Shown here one piece after another: positions 1 through 11,343 of a stretch of 64,000 bases of DNA. A program made the position numbers and the translations under genes. Source of the DNA: Azolla caroliniana (Eukaryota; Plantae; Polypodiophyta); assembly GCA_043228905.1 (NCBI GenBank), contig JBHGNT010000009.1:6572001-6636000 (forward strand), in the 5' to 3' direction. The notes under the pieces are model-generated. The model did not search any database and was not told the origin of the DNA. It was given only the letters and a program-made list of their open reading frames with translations. The first letter of the stretch is position 1; each line of letters begins with the position of its first letter.

Positions 1-273
1 TCATAGTAGTACAGAGAGAGAGAGAAGTGAAGCCATTAGTTTTGCGAAGATACAGAGCTCGAGGTCATTGCCTCTGAGTCTCCTGTTGTACCTCCTTTCT
101 CGTATAGTGATAGTTGGAGTCTATGGGCTCCCGTGGTTTTTCTCTATTAGGGCTTTCCACGTAAACATCTTGCGTGGTCTCTTCTGTGTAAGTGTACGAA
201 CCTCCATTTCTATTTTGTTCTTTCATAAAGTGAATTGAGTCTCGATTGTGGTCAAGCGTTATTCCACACAAAC

Positions 274-285
274 TGGTATCAGAGC
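274..285 (+). promoter_or_regulatory. Primer binding site complementary to initiator tRNA-Met
   Basis: TGGTATCAGAGC begins 3 nt after the LTR end ...CCACACA (270). Confidence 0.93.
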
Positions 286-2999
286 AAATAAGAAAATGGA
301 AGAGTCATTCGGAAGCATGTTCAAGCTCACTAGCTCCAACTACCCAGTATGGAAGTTGAAGATGAGGGACATGCTTGTGGTCAAAGATCTATCGTTCCCG
401 ATATAGTTCGGGGACAAGAAACCGGACAAGATCGATGCCACAACATGGGAGGTGATGCACATGAAGACGACGACATACATCAAATGCTTCATCAACATGA
501 GTCTATACAACAACTTCAACGAAGAAAGCAAGGCTCATGAACTCTGGGAGAAGGTAGACATCATGTTCCAAAACAAGAATGTTGTGAATCAAGTCTCGGT
601 TTTCCAGAAGTTGGTGAGACTCATATATCAAGATGGCTCTAGTATGGTGGAGCACATGAATTCCTTCCAAGGGCTCATAAATCAAGCCACCTCGTTGGAA
701 GTACCTCTAGTCGATGAGGTACTTGCGTTGTTATTCCTCCGTTCCCTCCCGGATAGTTGGGAGACACTAGTTGTCACTTTGGGTAACATCAGGCCAGAAT
801 GAAACCAATTATCCCTAGCAAGTGTGAAGTCGAGCTTGCTAGATGAAGAGGCGCATCGGAAAGACAAGTGATCTCCAACCCAAAAGCCCTGATTTCCGAA
901 TCCGACACACAACGAGGGAGAAACCGGTACCAGAGTCCCCATAACCGAGAAAAGTCGGGGACAAGGTCAAAGTCAAGGGGGAAGCCTACTTGCTTCTATC
1001 GTGGGAAGCTAGGATACTTCAAGAAGAATTGTCGGCACTTCCAGAAAGAGAAAGGGACCAACAACACCGATTCGAAGAAGAGTTCGGACCGAAATGGTTC
1101 GGACCGGATCGGAAAGGAATGTCGGCGGTCGCGACAAGTGAAGAAGAACTATTGCTCATCACTGAGGAGAATGAGTTAAACCTTATTGGCGACGAGACAA
1201 CGTGGGTTGTCGATTCCGGAGCATCGTTCCACCTAACGCCGGACCGGAAATGCTTCTCATCCTACATTGTCGGAGATCATGGTCGTGTCCGGATGGGGAG
1301 TGACGGGTCATGCTGAATTGTCGACATAGGAGATGTGTAGTTGTCGACATCAATCGGGTGTAAGGTGCTGCTGAAGGATGTTAGACGCGTTCCGGAGGTT
1401 TGGTTGAACCTGATATCAGCCGGTCGGCTAGATGATGAAGGCTACACGAGTAGCATCCGGAACGGAGTCATGAAATTCAGCAAAGGAAGCCTAATTGTGG
1501 CTCGATCCCGGAAGATCAACACATTGTACCTGATGCACGCCCGGATATGCCGGGAAGAAGTGAACGTAGCATCCGACAATGCCGGTGAGTTGTGGCACAA
1601 GAGACTATGTCATATGAGCTAGAAGGGGATGAGAAGACTTGCCGAAGATAACCTCATTCCGGAGGTGAAAGACATGCATCTTGAGAAGTGCACTGATTGC
1701 TTGGCTGGCAAGCAAAACCGAACCTCCTTCCAGTCAAGACCACCGATGAGACAAAATGCATCACTTGAGTTGGTGCATACCGATGTGTGTCAAGTGGACA
1801 TGAAGTCACATGCTAGATTGCAGTACTCCGTGACGTTCATAGATGACCACAACTGGAAGTTGTGGGTCTCACCGTTGAAGACGGAGGAGCAGGTGTTGTC
1901 AGTCTTCAAGGAGCTCCACGCAAGAGTGGAAAGGGAAACTAGCTAGAAGCTAAAGGCAGTACGAGCAGATAACGAAGGCGAATACTGGGTGCAGTTCGAG
2001 AAGTACTACTGATCAAAAGGAATTTGGCTCGAATTCATCGTGCCGAAGACACTGGAATTGAACGGGCTGGCTGAACGGATGAACCGGACCATAATGGAGA
2101 GAGACCGAAGCATGCTAGCAAATGCAAAGTTATCAAAGACGTTTTGGGCTGACGCACTGATGACGGCGACGTACGTGATTAACATATCACCCTCAACACC
2201 CTTGGAAGGAGACACACCACAAAGATTATGGACCGGTAAAGACGTGTCTTACAGGCATCTAAAGGTGTTCGGGTGTCTCGTATATGTGCATATCGCAAAG
2301 GATAGGAGAGCAAAGTTGGACCCGAAGTCCCGGCCATGCATATTCCTTGGATACAACAATGATGAGTTCGGTTACCGAGTGTGGGATCTGGTCGACAAGA
2401 AGGTGTTCCGGAGTCAGGACATAGTCTCCTTGGAAGACAGGACCATTGCCGACTGGGAGTCGGAGAAGAAGATGATGGACTTCGAATCAACCAACAAAAA
2501 CCAGTTTGAGTACACAAGGACTTCCTTGGTTGAAAACCGAAGGTTAGTCGGTAATCGGATGAGACTCGATGAACCGACCAGATTTGGAACAAGAAACTGA
2601 ACGGACCGAAGAAGAAGAAGACACCGGAACTAGACAAGACCCCGAATCAGATTCAGATGAGGAGCAAACGAAGGAACCGATATTCGGAAATCAAGGACGA
2701 AGATATCCTCTAAGAGAGAGAAAAGCCCCCCGGAGATTTCTGGATGTAGAGCATGTGCTGTTAACTGATGAAGGGGAGCCGGAAAGCTTTGAAGAAGCAA
2801 AGAAAGACACATACAAGTGGTTGAGTGCCATGCAGGATGAGATGGATTCCTTGCATGAGAACCATACATATGAGTTAACGAAGCTGCCGAAAGGAAAGAG
2901 GGCACTCCATAACAAGTGGGTATACAAGCTAAAACTGGGAGACGCCGGAAATCCACCAAGGTACAAAGCCTGGATTGTGGTGAAGTGGGTTTCAGAAGA

Positions 3000-4405
3000 A
3001 GAAACTAGGGCTAGAAAACAGAAATAGTGAGGAAAAGAAAAGTCGACTCATATAGACAAGCTTGTTTTTAGGGGAAAAAGGCAAGCAATGTTAAACCTAT
3101 AAATAAGAGCCAATTCTAGTGAAGAAGGGGGGGAGGGAGAAGGAACGTGGAAGCTCTACTCAATTGGAAAGTGGAAGAAGAAGGATCAACAACATCGAGA
3201 GGCATCATCAATAAAGAAACTCCTTCTATACTACACTCTCTTCTTTCCTCCACCTCTCTTCTCCCATTCATTTATAAACAATCCTTCATCTTCGCATCCA
3301 ACCCATTGTAACATGATTCTTATATTATAAAAGAATCTATTATATTGATATAAACTAATGTTTTCTTTCATCTACCTGTCTTATGTGTAAATCTTTATTG
3401 TGCTTATTTGTTATCGTCATTTGTGCTTTTTTTTTGTGTGTCTTGTGACAAGGGAGCGTTTCGGGCTTGCCCATGCACCTCTCCTTTCACAAAGGCATTC
3501 AAACCTACATGTCTTATATGATATCGTCGTTTGTGCTTATTTGCTTGTGTGTCTTGTGACAAGGGAGCGTTTCAGGCTTTGCCCATGCACCTCTCCTTTC
3601 ACAAAGGCATTCAAACTTACGTGTCTTGCGTGTTAGTGTAAATCTTGCTTGTGTGTTCGTGCGACTTGTGGTAAGGGAGCATTCGGGCTTGCCCATACAC
3701 CTCTCCTTTCACAAATGTGTTCGAAATCGTGTCTCCCATGTGTAAACCTTGCTGTGTGTTCATGCAACTTGTGGCAAGGGAGCGTTCGGGCTTGCCCATG
3801 CACCTCTCCTTTCACAAAGGCGTTCGAAATTGTGTCTCCCATGTGTAAACCTTGCGTGTGTGTTCGTGCAACTTGTGGCAAGGGAGCGTTCGGACTTGCC
3901 CATGCACCTCTCCTTTCACAAAGGCATTCGAAATGGTTTCTCCCGTGTGTAAACCTTGCTTGTGTGTTCGTGCGACTTGTGCCAAGGGAGCGTTCGGGCC
4001 TGCCCATGCACCTCTCCTTTCACAAAGGCGTTCAAAATTGTGTCTCTCGTGTATAAACCTTGCTTGTGTGTTCGCGTGTTTTGTAACAAGGGAGCGTTTG
4101 GGTTTGCCCATGCACCTCTCTTTTCACAAAGGCATTTGAAACTCTGTCTCTCGTGTGTGTAAGTAAGCCTTTTCCTTGTGTGTCCGTGTGTAAGCCTTCC
4201 TCACGTGCCTTCATTCGCCTTGTGACTAGGGGTTGATTCGGGCTTGCCCATGCGCCTCTCCTTTTCACAAACACGTTTGAATACTCGTGCCTTGTTTGTG
4301 TAAGCCTTCCTTGTGTTGTGTGTGTAAGCCCTATTTCCTTCCCGTCCATAACCCTGGCGGTTCCGCCTCACGATCCGCACATAGTGACGGATTTTCACGA
4401 CAACA
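3000..4405 (+). mobile_element. 5'-truncated LTR of an unrelated element inserted in the copia A RT
   Basis: RT homology stops at ...KGFQK (~2997) and resumes at 4406 (QADHCVFVK) with the intervening RT codons missing. The insert has TATAAATA near 3098 and ends ...CACGACAACA. No TSD is visible because of the deletion. Confidence 0.7.
3443..4270 (+). repeat. Tandem array of 8 units, ~104 bp (range 103-139)
   Basis: Core AGGG(A/G)...GGGCTTGCCCATGCACCTCTCCTTTCACAAA recurs at 3451, 3562, 3674, 3777, 3881, 3985, 4089 and 4228. Confidence 0.95.
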
Positions 4406-4776
4406 CAAGCCGATCACTGCGTATTTGTGAAGAACTTCGATGGAGGAGACTTCCAAATAGTCCTTCTATACGTGGATGACATGTTGATCGTCGGACGAGA
4501 CCAAATCAAGATCTGAATGTTGAAGAAGGCCCTAAACCGAATCTTCTCAATGAAAGATTTGGGTTCAGCAAGACAGATTTTGGGGATGTACATCATCTGG
4601 GACCGGTTGAAGAAGTTGTTGTGGTTGTCACAAGAGAAGTATGTGACAAAGGTGCTTCAGAGGTTCAACATGGTAGATGCAAAGCCAGTTGGGTCAACAT
4701 TGTTGGTGAACTGCAAGATGTCTGGAAAACAGAGCCCGAGAACGAAGGCAGAGAAGTCAGAAATGATGGAGATACC

Positions 4777-5417
4777 TGACGGGAACTCAACGCTCCTTAT
4801 GCGCAACGCTCGGCCACAACCGAGCTTAGAATGATACACAGAAAGCGGGAAATGAAACACGACACAAAGAAGAGGAAGATACACAGGAGGTTTACGTGGA
4901 AAACCCCAAACTAAGGGAAAAAACCACGGCAACCCACAGGCTGCAACTATCACTATGTTGGAATGTACAAACAGTGAGTTCACGGAGGCAACGACCTCGT
5001 GCTCACGATCTTCGCCACAGACGGCGGTTACAACAGAGGCAACGACCTCTTTCTCTCTCTCACTCTCTGTACAGTTACACACTCTCTCTTTACTTGCACC
5101 AACAAGAAACGACAACCACTTCAACTAACAGTTTGCCCTAAGTCATATTTATACTAATATGACTTTTCGGCTATTTACAAATATAGCCTCGATGGACTCT
5201 CAGAAACATATTTACGAATATGTCTCTTCATCCGGTTCATACCGGGTCTGCAACATCCGGCTCTCCGTAGCCGGGTATTCCTCATTCGGTTCATACCGGG
5301 TCTGCACCATCCGGCTCTCCGTAGCCGGGTACTCCTCATCCGGTTTCGGCCTCGGCCGAGTTTGTTCATCAGCACTGTTCTTCTCCCTTCCCATCCAGAG
5401 GGACCTGTCTCCCAACA
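4777..5417 (-). mobile_element. Solo LTR (641 bp) related to copia A, with 5-bp TSD ATACC
   Basis: TG...CA ends. ATACC at 4772-4776 and 5418-5422. Splits the RT motif IP|YAS..SLMYAMVCTRP. Shares TATAAATATGACTTAGGGCA and GGTTTTCCACGTAAAC with the element A LTR. Contains an internal 54-bp duplication at ~5225-5345. Confidence 0.93.
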
Positions 5418-6079
5418 ATACCATATGCCTCTACCGTCATAAGCTTGATGTATGCAATGGTGTGCACCCGGCCGAATATTGCTTATGATGTAGGAGTAGT
5501 CAACCGATTCATGAGCAATCCAGGAAGAGAACATTGGAACGCGGTCAAGTGGATACTCCGATACTTGAAAGGCACCTCGAGTATGTGCCTCCGGTTCGGC
5601 TCAGGTAAACCCCAACTGGAAGGCTTTACGGATTCAGATATGTCGGTTGATGCGATACCAGCCGGTCCACTTCCGGATACGTCATGACATATGCAGGGGG
5701 AGTCATATCGTGGCAGTCGAGGCTGCAGAAGTCCGTTGCACTCTCAACAACGGAAGTGGAGTACATGGCAGTTGTGGAAGCCGGTAAGGAAGTAATCTAG
5801 ATGAAGGACTTCATCGGAGAGTTAGGGATTCAACATGAAGAATATCGACTCTACTGCAATAGCCAAAGTGTCATCCACCTTACTAAGAACGCGACCTACC
5901 ATTCCCAAACCAAGCACATCCAGAGAAGACATCACTAGCTCCGAGAGAAGGTAGAAGATCAAGACTTCGCACTGACAACGATCCACACGAAGGAGAACGG
6001 TTGTTAGCCGACAACCTGGACACGTGCCGAAGACATATCGAACTAACGAGAAATCCCATGTTGGAGTGAAGGGGGAGTT

Positions 6080-6598
6080 TGTTGGAAATTCGGTCCCTCC
6101 AGATGGGATCCGGACGAGCCGAAGGAAGGAACCGAACCGGACTGGAAGATATCCGAATGGATCCGGTGTGAACCGGATCTAGGGACATATTTGCAAATAT
6201 GTTTCTGGTGTGCCTGTAAAGGCTATATTTGTAAATAGTCTTAAAGTCATATACGTATAAATATGACTTAGGGCAATCACTTTGATGTGCGAGTGTTGTT
6301 GTTGTTGTTGTTGTGGTTAGTTGTATCATAGTAGTACAGAGAGAGAGAGAGAGAAGTGAAGTCGTCGGTTTTGCGAAGATACATAGCTCGGGTCGTTGCC
6401 TCTGAGTCTCCTGTTGTACCTCATTTCTCGTATAGTGATAGTTGGAGTTTGTGGGCTCCCATGGTTTTTCCCTATTAGGGTTTTCCACGTAAACATCCTA
6501 TGTCATCTCTTCTTTGTAAGAGTACGAACCTCCATTTCTGTTTTGTTCTTTCACAAAGTGAATTGAGTCTCGGTTGTGGCCGAGCACTATTCCGCACA
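6080..6598 (+). repeat. 3' LTR of copia element A (519 bp, TG...CA)
   Basis: Starts TGTTGG just after the PPT GAAGGGGGAG; TATAAATA near 6256; ends CCGCACA; homologous to 1-270. Confidence 0.93.
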
Positions 6599-7943
6599 GA
6601 TGCCCCCAAGGGCGTGAAGCCGATCGGATGAAGGTGGGTGTACAAGATCAAGTACAACACCAACTGCTCCGTCAACTAGTACAAGGCCTAGTTAGTGGCC
6701 AAGGGCTATGCGCATCAACATGACATCAACTATGATGAGACATTCGCGCCGATTGCGAAGATGGCGACCATTTGTTTCTTGCTTACGGTCGTCGCGACAA
6801 AGGGTTGGCATTTGCACCATATGGATGTGAAGAATGCATTCCTACATGGAGAACTTGAGGAACAAGTCTACATGGTGCAACCACCAGGATTTCAGTCTGG
6901 AATGAATACGTCGGCAATATGCCACCTGAAGAAGTCCCTTTACGGATTAAAGCAAGCCCCACGTGCCTGAAACGCAAAGATCACACAACGCTTGCATCGG
7001 ATGGGGTTTGCCACATCCAAGTCAAACTCTTCACTCTTCATCCAGCAAGGTCAGAATGACCCAGTAAGTCTTTTACTTTCTGTTGATGATTTTGTCATCA
7101 CTGGCGCCGACCTAAAGGAAACTGGTCGCGTGAAGTCTCAATTTGCGGCATCATTTGAGATGAAGGACCTGGGGAACCTTCACTACTTCCTTGGGATCGA
7201 TGTGATCCACACCCTCGGCGGCATACTATTGTCACAAAGACATTATGTGTTGAATATGATGCTCAAGTTCGGCATGACAGATTGTCGACCGGTCTCAACA
7301 CCCCTTGATCGGAATCAGAAGCTATGTCTCAACTCCAGACCGGCCTACAATGAGAAACTGTTCCAACAAATTGTTGGAAGCCTAATATATCTTACTATCA
7401 TCCGACCCAACATCAGTTATCCGGTTAGGGTGATAAGTCAATTTATGCAACGACCGACCGTCGAGCACCTATAGTGTGCGCATCGACTACTGAGATATGT
7501 GAGTGGCACTAAGGATTGGGGACTATTGAACCCACACGGTGTAACAAAACGACTAATTGGTTATACTGTTGCCAATTGGGCTGGTGATGCATCAAATCGT
7601 CGGTCAACATCCAACTTTATGTTTTCCCTTGGTAGCACAATCGTTGCGTGGAGCAACAAGAAGTAGTCGACAGTGGCTCTGTTGAGCATTGAGGCTGAGT
7701 ACCTAGGAGCTACCGTCGCAACCTATGAAGGCATTTGGCTTCAACGACTACTACAAGACCTCCGGATTGAAGTACTGACTCTGATCCCGATCTACTGCAA
7801 ATGAGCTGAGATGGGCCTTATGAGCAGACAAGTCGACCGGAAGGGTTGAGGTGTGCTGAACCGGACGAGTCGTGGAAAGCGGGATCGGATAGGACGAGGA
7901 GCATGCGCAAGGTGTGAAGACGCTAGGTGTCATGACTCGTGAG

Positions 7944-7995
<52 letters not shown>

Positions 7996-9465
7996 GACAA
8001 GAAATGGAAATGATATTGTATTATGAGAAAATAAGGTTACAAAGAGTCGGCTAAGGGCTAAAGACTGCTGTTGAACCGAATGAGTTGTGATGAATGAATA
8101 AACACCTATTTATAGGTCCTTATGGAGTATTCTAGAAAGTTCTAGAATATTTTGGATATTTATAATATTTAATATAATCGTGGAATATTCTAGAATACTC
8201 TAAATAACTTGTAATAACTAATAATATATTTATTATAATTATACATCATATATGTTATTATAATGGTTAAATGTCTAACATATAGACCAAGACCTTGTGG
8301 GTTCGAATCCTTGTAAGGTCAAAATGTATGTCTTCATGACATTATCTCCCCTTTTCGACGACGAGTCGGAAGACAAGATTTCGGACTTGGGCTTATGGGG
8401 ATATTTGTTGTGAAATGCAACAACCATTTCAGAGGCATTAGCAAGATTCTCGAGAGGTTCCTATGTTTGATCATTAAGTGTATAACCCAACCAGTCAACC
8501 AAATAATACAGTTTATTGCGAACGATCTTGGAGTCGAGAATGGCAACAACTTCATATTCGGAGCCATTGAAAATTTCGATTGGAGGTGGGGGAGATGTAA
8601 GACGACTTGGAATAGAGCTGGTTGTGTAGGGCTCCAATAGTGAAACATGGAAGACCGAGTGAAGACGCATATGAGGAGGAAGATCAAGGTGAAATGCCAC
8701 ATCATTGATCTTACCAGATATCAAATATGGGCCAAAACGTTGATAATCCTTTGCCTACTCTTTGTAACCTTGTTTTATCATAATACAATCAAATTTCCAC
8801 TTCCTATCTTATCTCTCTATCTATCTCTATCTCTATCTCTATCTCTCTCCTACTAACGAGTCATGACAGTTTGAACCGAATGGAATGTGATGAATGAATA
8901 GACACCTATTTATAGGTCCTTATGGAATATTCTAGAATGTTCTAAAATATTTTAGATATTTAATATAATCGTGGAATTTTCTAGAATGTTCTAGAATACT
9001 CTAAATAGCTTGTAATAACTAATAATATATTTATTATAACTATACATCATATGTTATTATAATGGTTAAAGGTTTAACATATAGACCAAGACGTTGTGGG
9101 TTGGAATCCTTGTAAGGCCAAAATGTATGTCTTCATGATTCTAGGAGGAGCCGAAGGCAAGAATCGACAACGATTGACATTACGATCCGGCCTCAAGTTG
9201 AGCTTGAGGGGGAGTGTTGAGCCGATAAGCTCAACATGAATCGGATTAGCATTAGGAAGGGAGGGAACCAAATCGGTGTGATACCGATAGGCCATTAGAG
9301 GCTTACGATCCTAGTCTAGTACATAGTTTGGGAGTTAGTGTTTGTCACTCACTACGAGCATTGAAGTACTTGTCAATACTTTTGTCAACAAGTCCATTTG
9401 TATAAAAAGTGTTATGATGCACATTTGTATGTACAAAGCTTTTTGAAATAGAGATTTATTGTCTT

Positions 9466-9503
<38 letters not shown>

Positions 9504-9599
9504 ACTCTGTGTATCTCCATTGTTCTCCGTGTTCTCTGTTTCTATCTGGATGAGTCGGTTCTGATATGTTACAACTTCCACATATTTATCTTTACAACA
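6599..9599 (+). mobile_element. Ty1/copia element B remnant (RT-RNaseH, 3' UTR, 3' LTR 9215-~9599), the host into which element A inserted
   Basis: RT motifs [43 protein letters not shown] at ~9206-9214 is followed by TGTTGA... and ends ...TTTACA(ACA). Confidence 0.88.
7928..9140 (-). mobile_element. Internally deleted Ty3/gypsy chromovirus (Tcn1-like), TSD CTAGG
   Basis: 3' LTR 7928-8341 (TGTCATGA...TCATGACA). PPT GGGGAGATAA on the - strand at 8342-8351. Integrase tail plus chromodomain HSVFHVSLLEPY...EYEVVAILDSKIVRNKLYYLVDWLGY. Rearranged 5' LTR at 8746-9140. CTAGG at 7923-7927 and 9141-9145. Confidence 0.9.
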
Positions 9600-10115
9600 A
9601 GGTCGTGGGTTCAAATCCTTTTGGAGCCATACCATGCCATACCATGACATTACCAATGCAATAAGCGTATACGAACCATATAATGATACAATCTAGTCGA
9701 GGGTAAGATAAGACAGAAAAGGTATATCCCCACTATGTCATAATTGAAACCAAACTCCACCTATGGAGGAAACAACCATCGAGGGGGTACATACTGCCAA
9801 ACCATTTTGTCATTCCTCTCCACAAATACGAACAAATCCTTCCACTTGCCTTTAAAGGATTGTTGTTTCAAAAAAATGGTATCTTCATTACTAGTGAAGG
9901 AATCATAATGACCTTTTAAACAATATGACTCCATTTATCGAAGTCTTTATCATGATAGTTGTATCAATATGATATTTAATCATTTCAACAACTTCAATAG
10001 TGACCTGCAAATTTGTTTAGTGGAGTTTAATAGCTTCCACAAAAGAAACATCATTTGTTAAATTTAAGAATTAAAAATGTTATCAATGGAAGGCATTGAG
10101 ATAAATAACAATCGG

Positions 10116-10580
10116 CAATGGTTTGGTTTGAACCGAACTGAACCACGAATCTGCGGTTTAACGGTTTCAACAGTTCGGTTCGGTTTAGGTTTAGGTTTTT
10201 ATTAACGGTTCGGTTCGGTTTCAACAGTCAAAAACCGCGGTTTAAACGGTTAAACAGTTTTTTTTTTTTTAATATATAAAAAAATCTAAAAATTGTTTTT
10301 AAACAATCTTTTCATTTTTAGACCTTATTCTCACATTTTAGGAACATCTTAAAAAAATTTAAAAATGAAATCTTATCAATTTTAAACAATTAAAAATTTG
10401 ACCTATGTTGAAAACCGAAACCGAACCACGAAACCGCAAATTTTACGGATTAATGGTTTAACGGTTTGAAAAACGTTTCATGGTTCGGTTTACCGATTTC
10501 GTGGTTTGGTTTGGTTTGGTTCAGGTTTCAAAAAAATTAAACGGTTCGGTTCCAAACCGGTTCGGAAGCATAAACTATAG
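10116..10580. mobile_element. Degenerate hAT-like MITE with AACCG/CGGTT subterminal repeats
   Basis: Clusters of GGTTCGGTT/AACCGAACC at both ends around an AT-rich core; TIRs are degenerate and no clear TSD. Confidence 0.6.
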
Positions 10581-11343
10581 TTGGGGAAAACACTAAAATA
10601 CCCTTGAGTTTGTCTTTAATTTCTTCAAACTCAGCCCACCCCCCCTCTTCAACTTTGTCCTTGAGGTCTTCTTCAAACCACCATTATGTTCTCAATTCAC
10701 TTTATGAGTAGTGATATACCTTCGTCGATGTAAGGACCATTAGAAGTAAGTTCCTTGGTATGGACCTCCTCAAGGATCACGTCCTTCGATGACAGAAAGC
10801 TATTAATTACGAGACACCATTCACATGCTTTCTTAAGGCCGAATACATGCGCGTGTTTCTCGTCCGATCGCATTAGTAAGCAGTGCCATGTCCAAGGAGC
10901 AGAGTGACGAATCTAATCGAGTACAGGCCTCGGGATCGGGCATCATGTCAGGGTGCATTGGCGGCGGCCCGCCCATCTCAAATCGGACAAATCGGACACT
11001 CGGACACATGCGCGGACAAGAGGCACACGCCAAGTGTCTCCTACGAGATAGATGTAATAATAATTAATCTCTTTGTTTGTTAGGTCTTTTTATTATTATT
11101 TTTTTTTTTACTTCATGGGAATTTGACTTTAATAGAACTTAAGAAAACAACGAAGAAGAGAAAAAGAAGCGAGTAGCAGCATTAGAATTTGAAGTTTTGA
11201 AAGTTCTGATTGAAGAAAAGCCGGGAAGCTTCCCGAGGAAGCCATCGCCATCGCCATCGCCATCGCCTCCCTTTCTCGAAGCTCCTGCTACAAAACCTCC
11301 CCTTTCCTCGCTCTTCCGTTTCGATCCTTCCCTGCCTGCATCC

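Larger units (their letters stand above)
296..6050 (+). pseudogene. copia gag-pol polyprotein, disrupted by stops, frameshifts and two insertions
   Basis: ATG at 296 (MEESFGSMFKL...). ORF fragments 452-802, 990-1316, 1341-1622, 1629-1946, 2040-2600, 2569-3027, 4517-4834 and 5445-5687 all resemble Tnt1 pol. Confidence 0.92.
1..6598 (+). mobile_element. Ty1/copia LTR retrotransposon A (Tnt1-like), decayed; 5' LTR cut by the window edge
   Basis: 1-270 matches 6326-6598 (LTR pair). PBS TGGTATCAGAGC at 274-285. Domain order is gag (CCHC-like knuckle), protease (WVVDSGAS), integrase (LWHKRLCH, LVHTDV, NGLAERMNRTI), RT (LLYVDD), RNaseH. Purine tract 6063-6077 precedes the 3' LTR. Confidence 0.95.

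Noticed and set aside
3443-4270. CRISPR-like repeat-spacer array or hammerhead (retrozyme) array
   Set aside because: The linkers are homologous to each other, there are no cas genes, the context is eukaryotic, and I saw no CTGATGA...GAAA hammerhead core on either strand.
9597-9632. Functional tRNA gene
   Set aside because: Only a T-arm-like half is present and the stem is imperfect.
11197-11343. Longer RAD54 N-terminus from the ORF track
   Set aside because: It starts at a TTG and looks like a CT-rich 5' UTR; the first ATG is at 11344.
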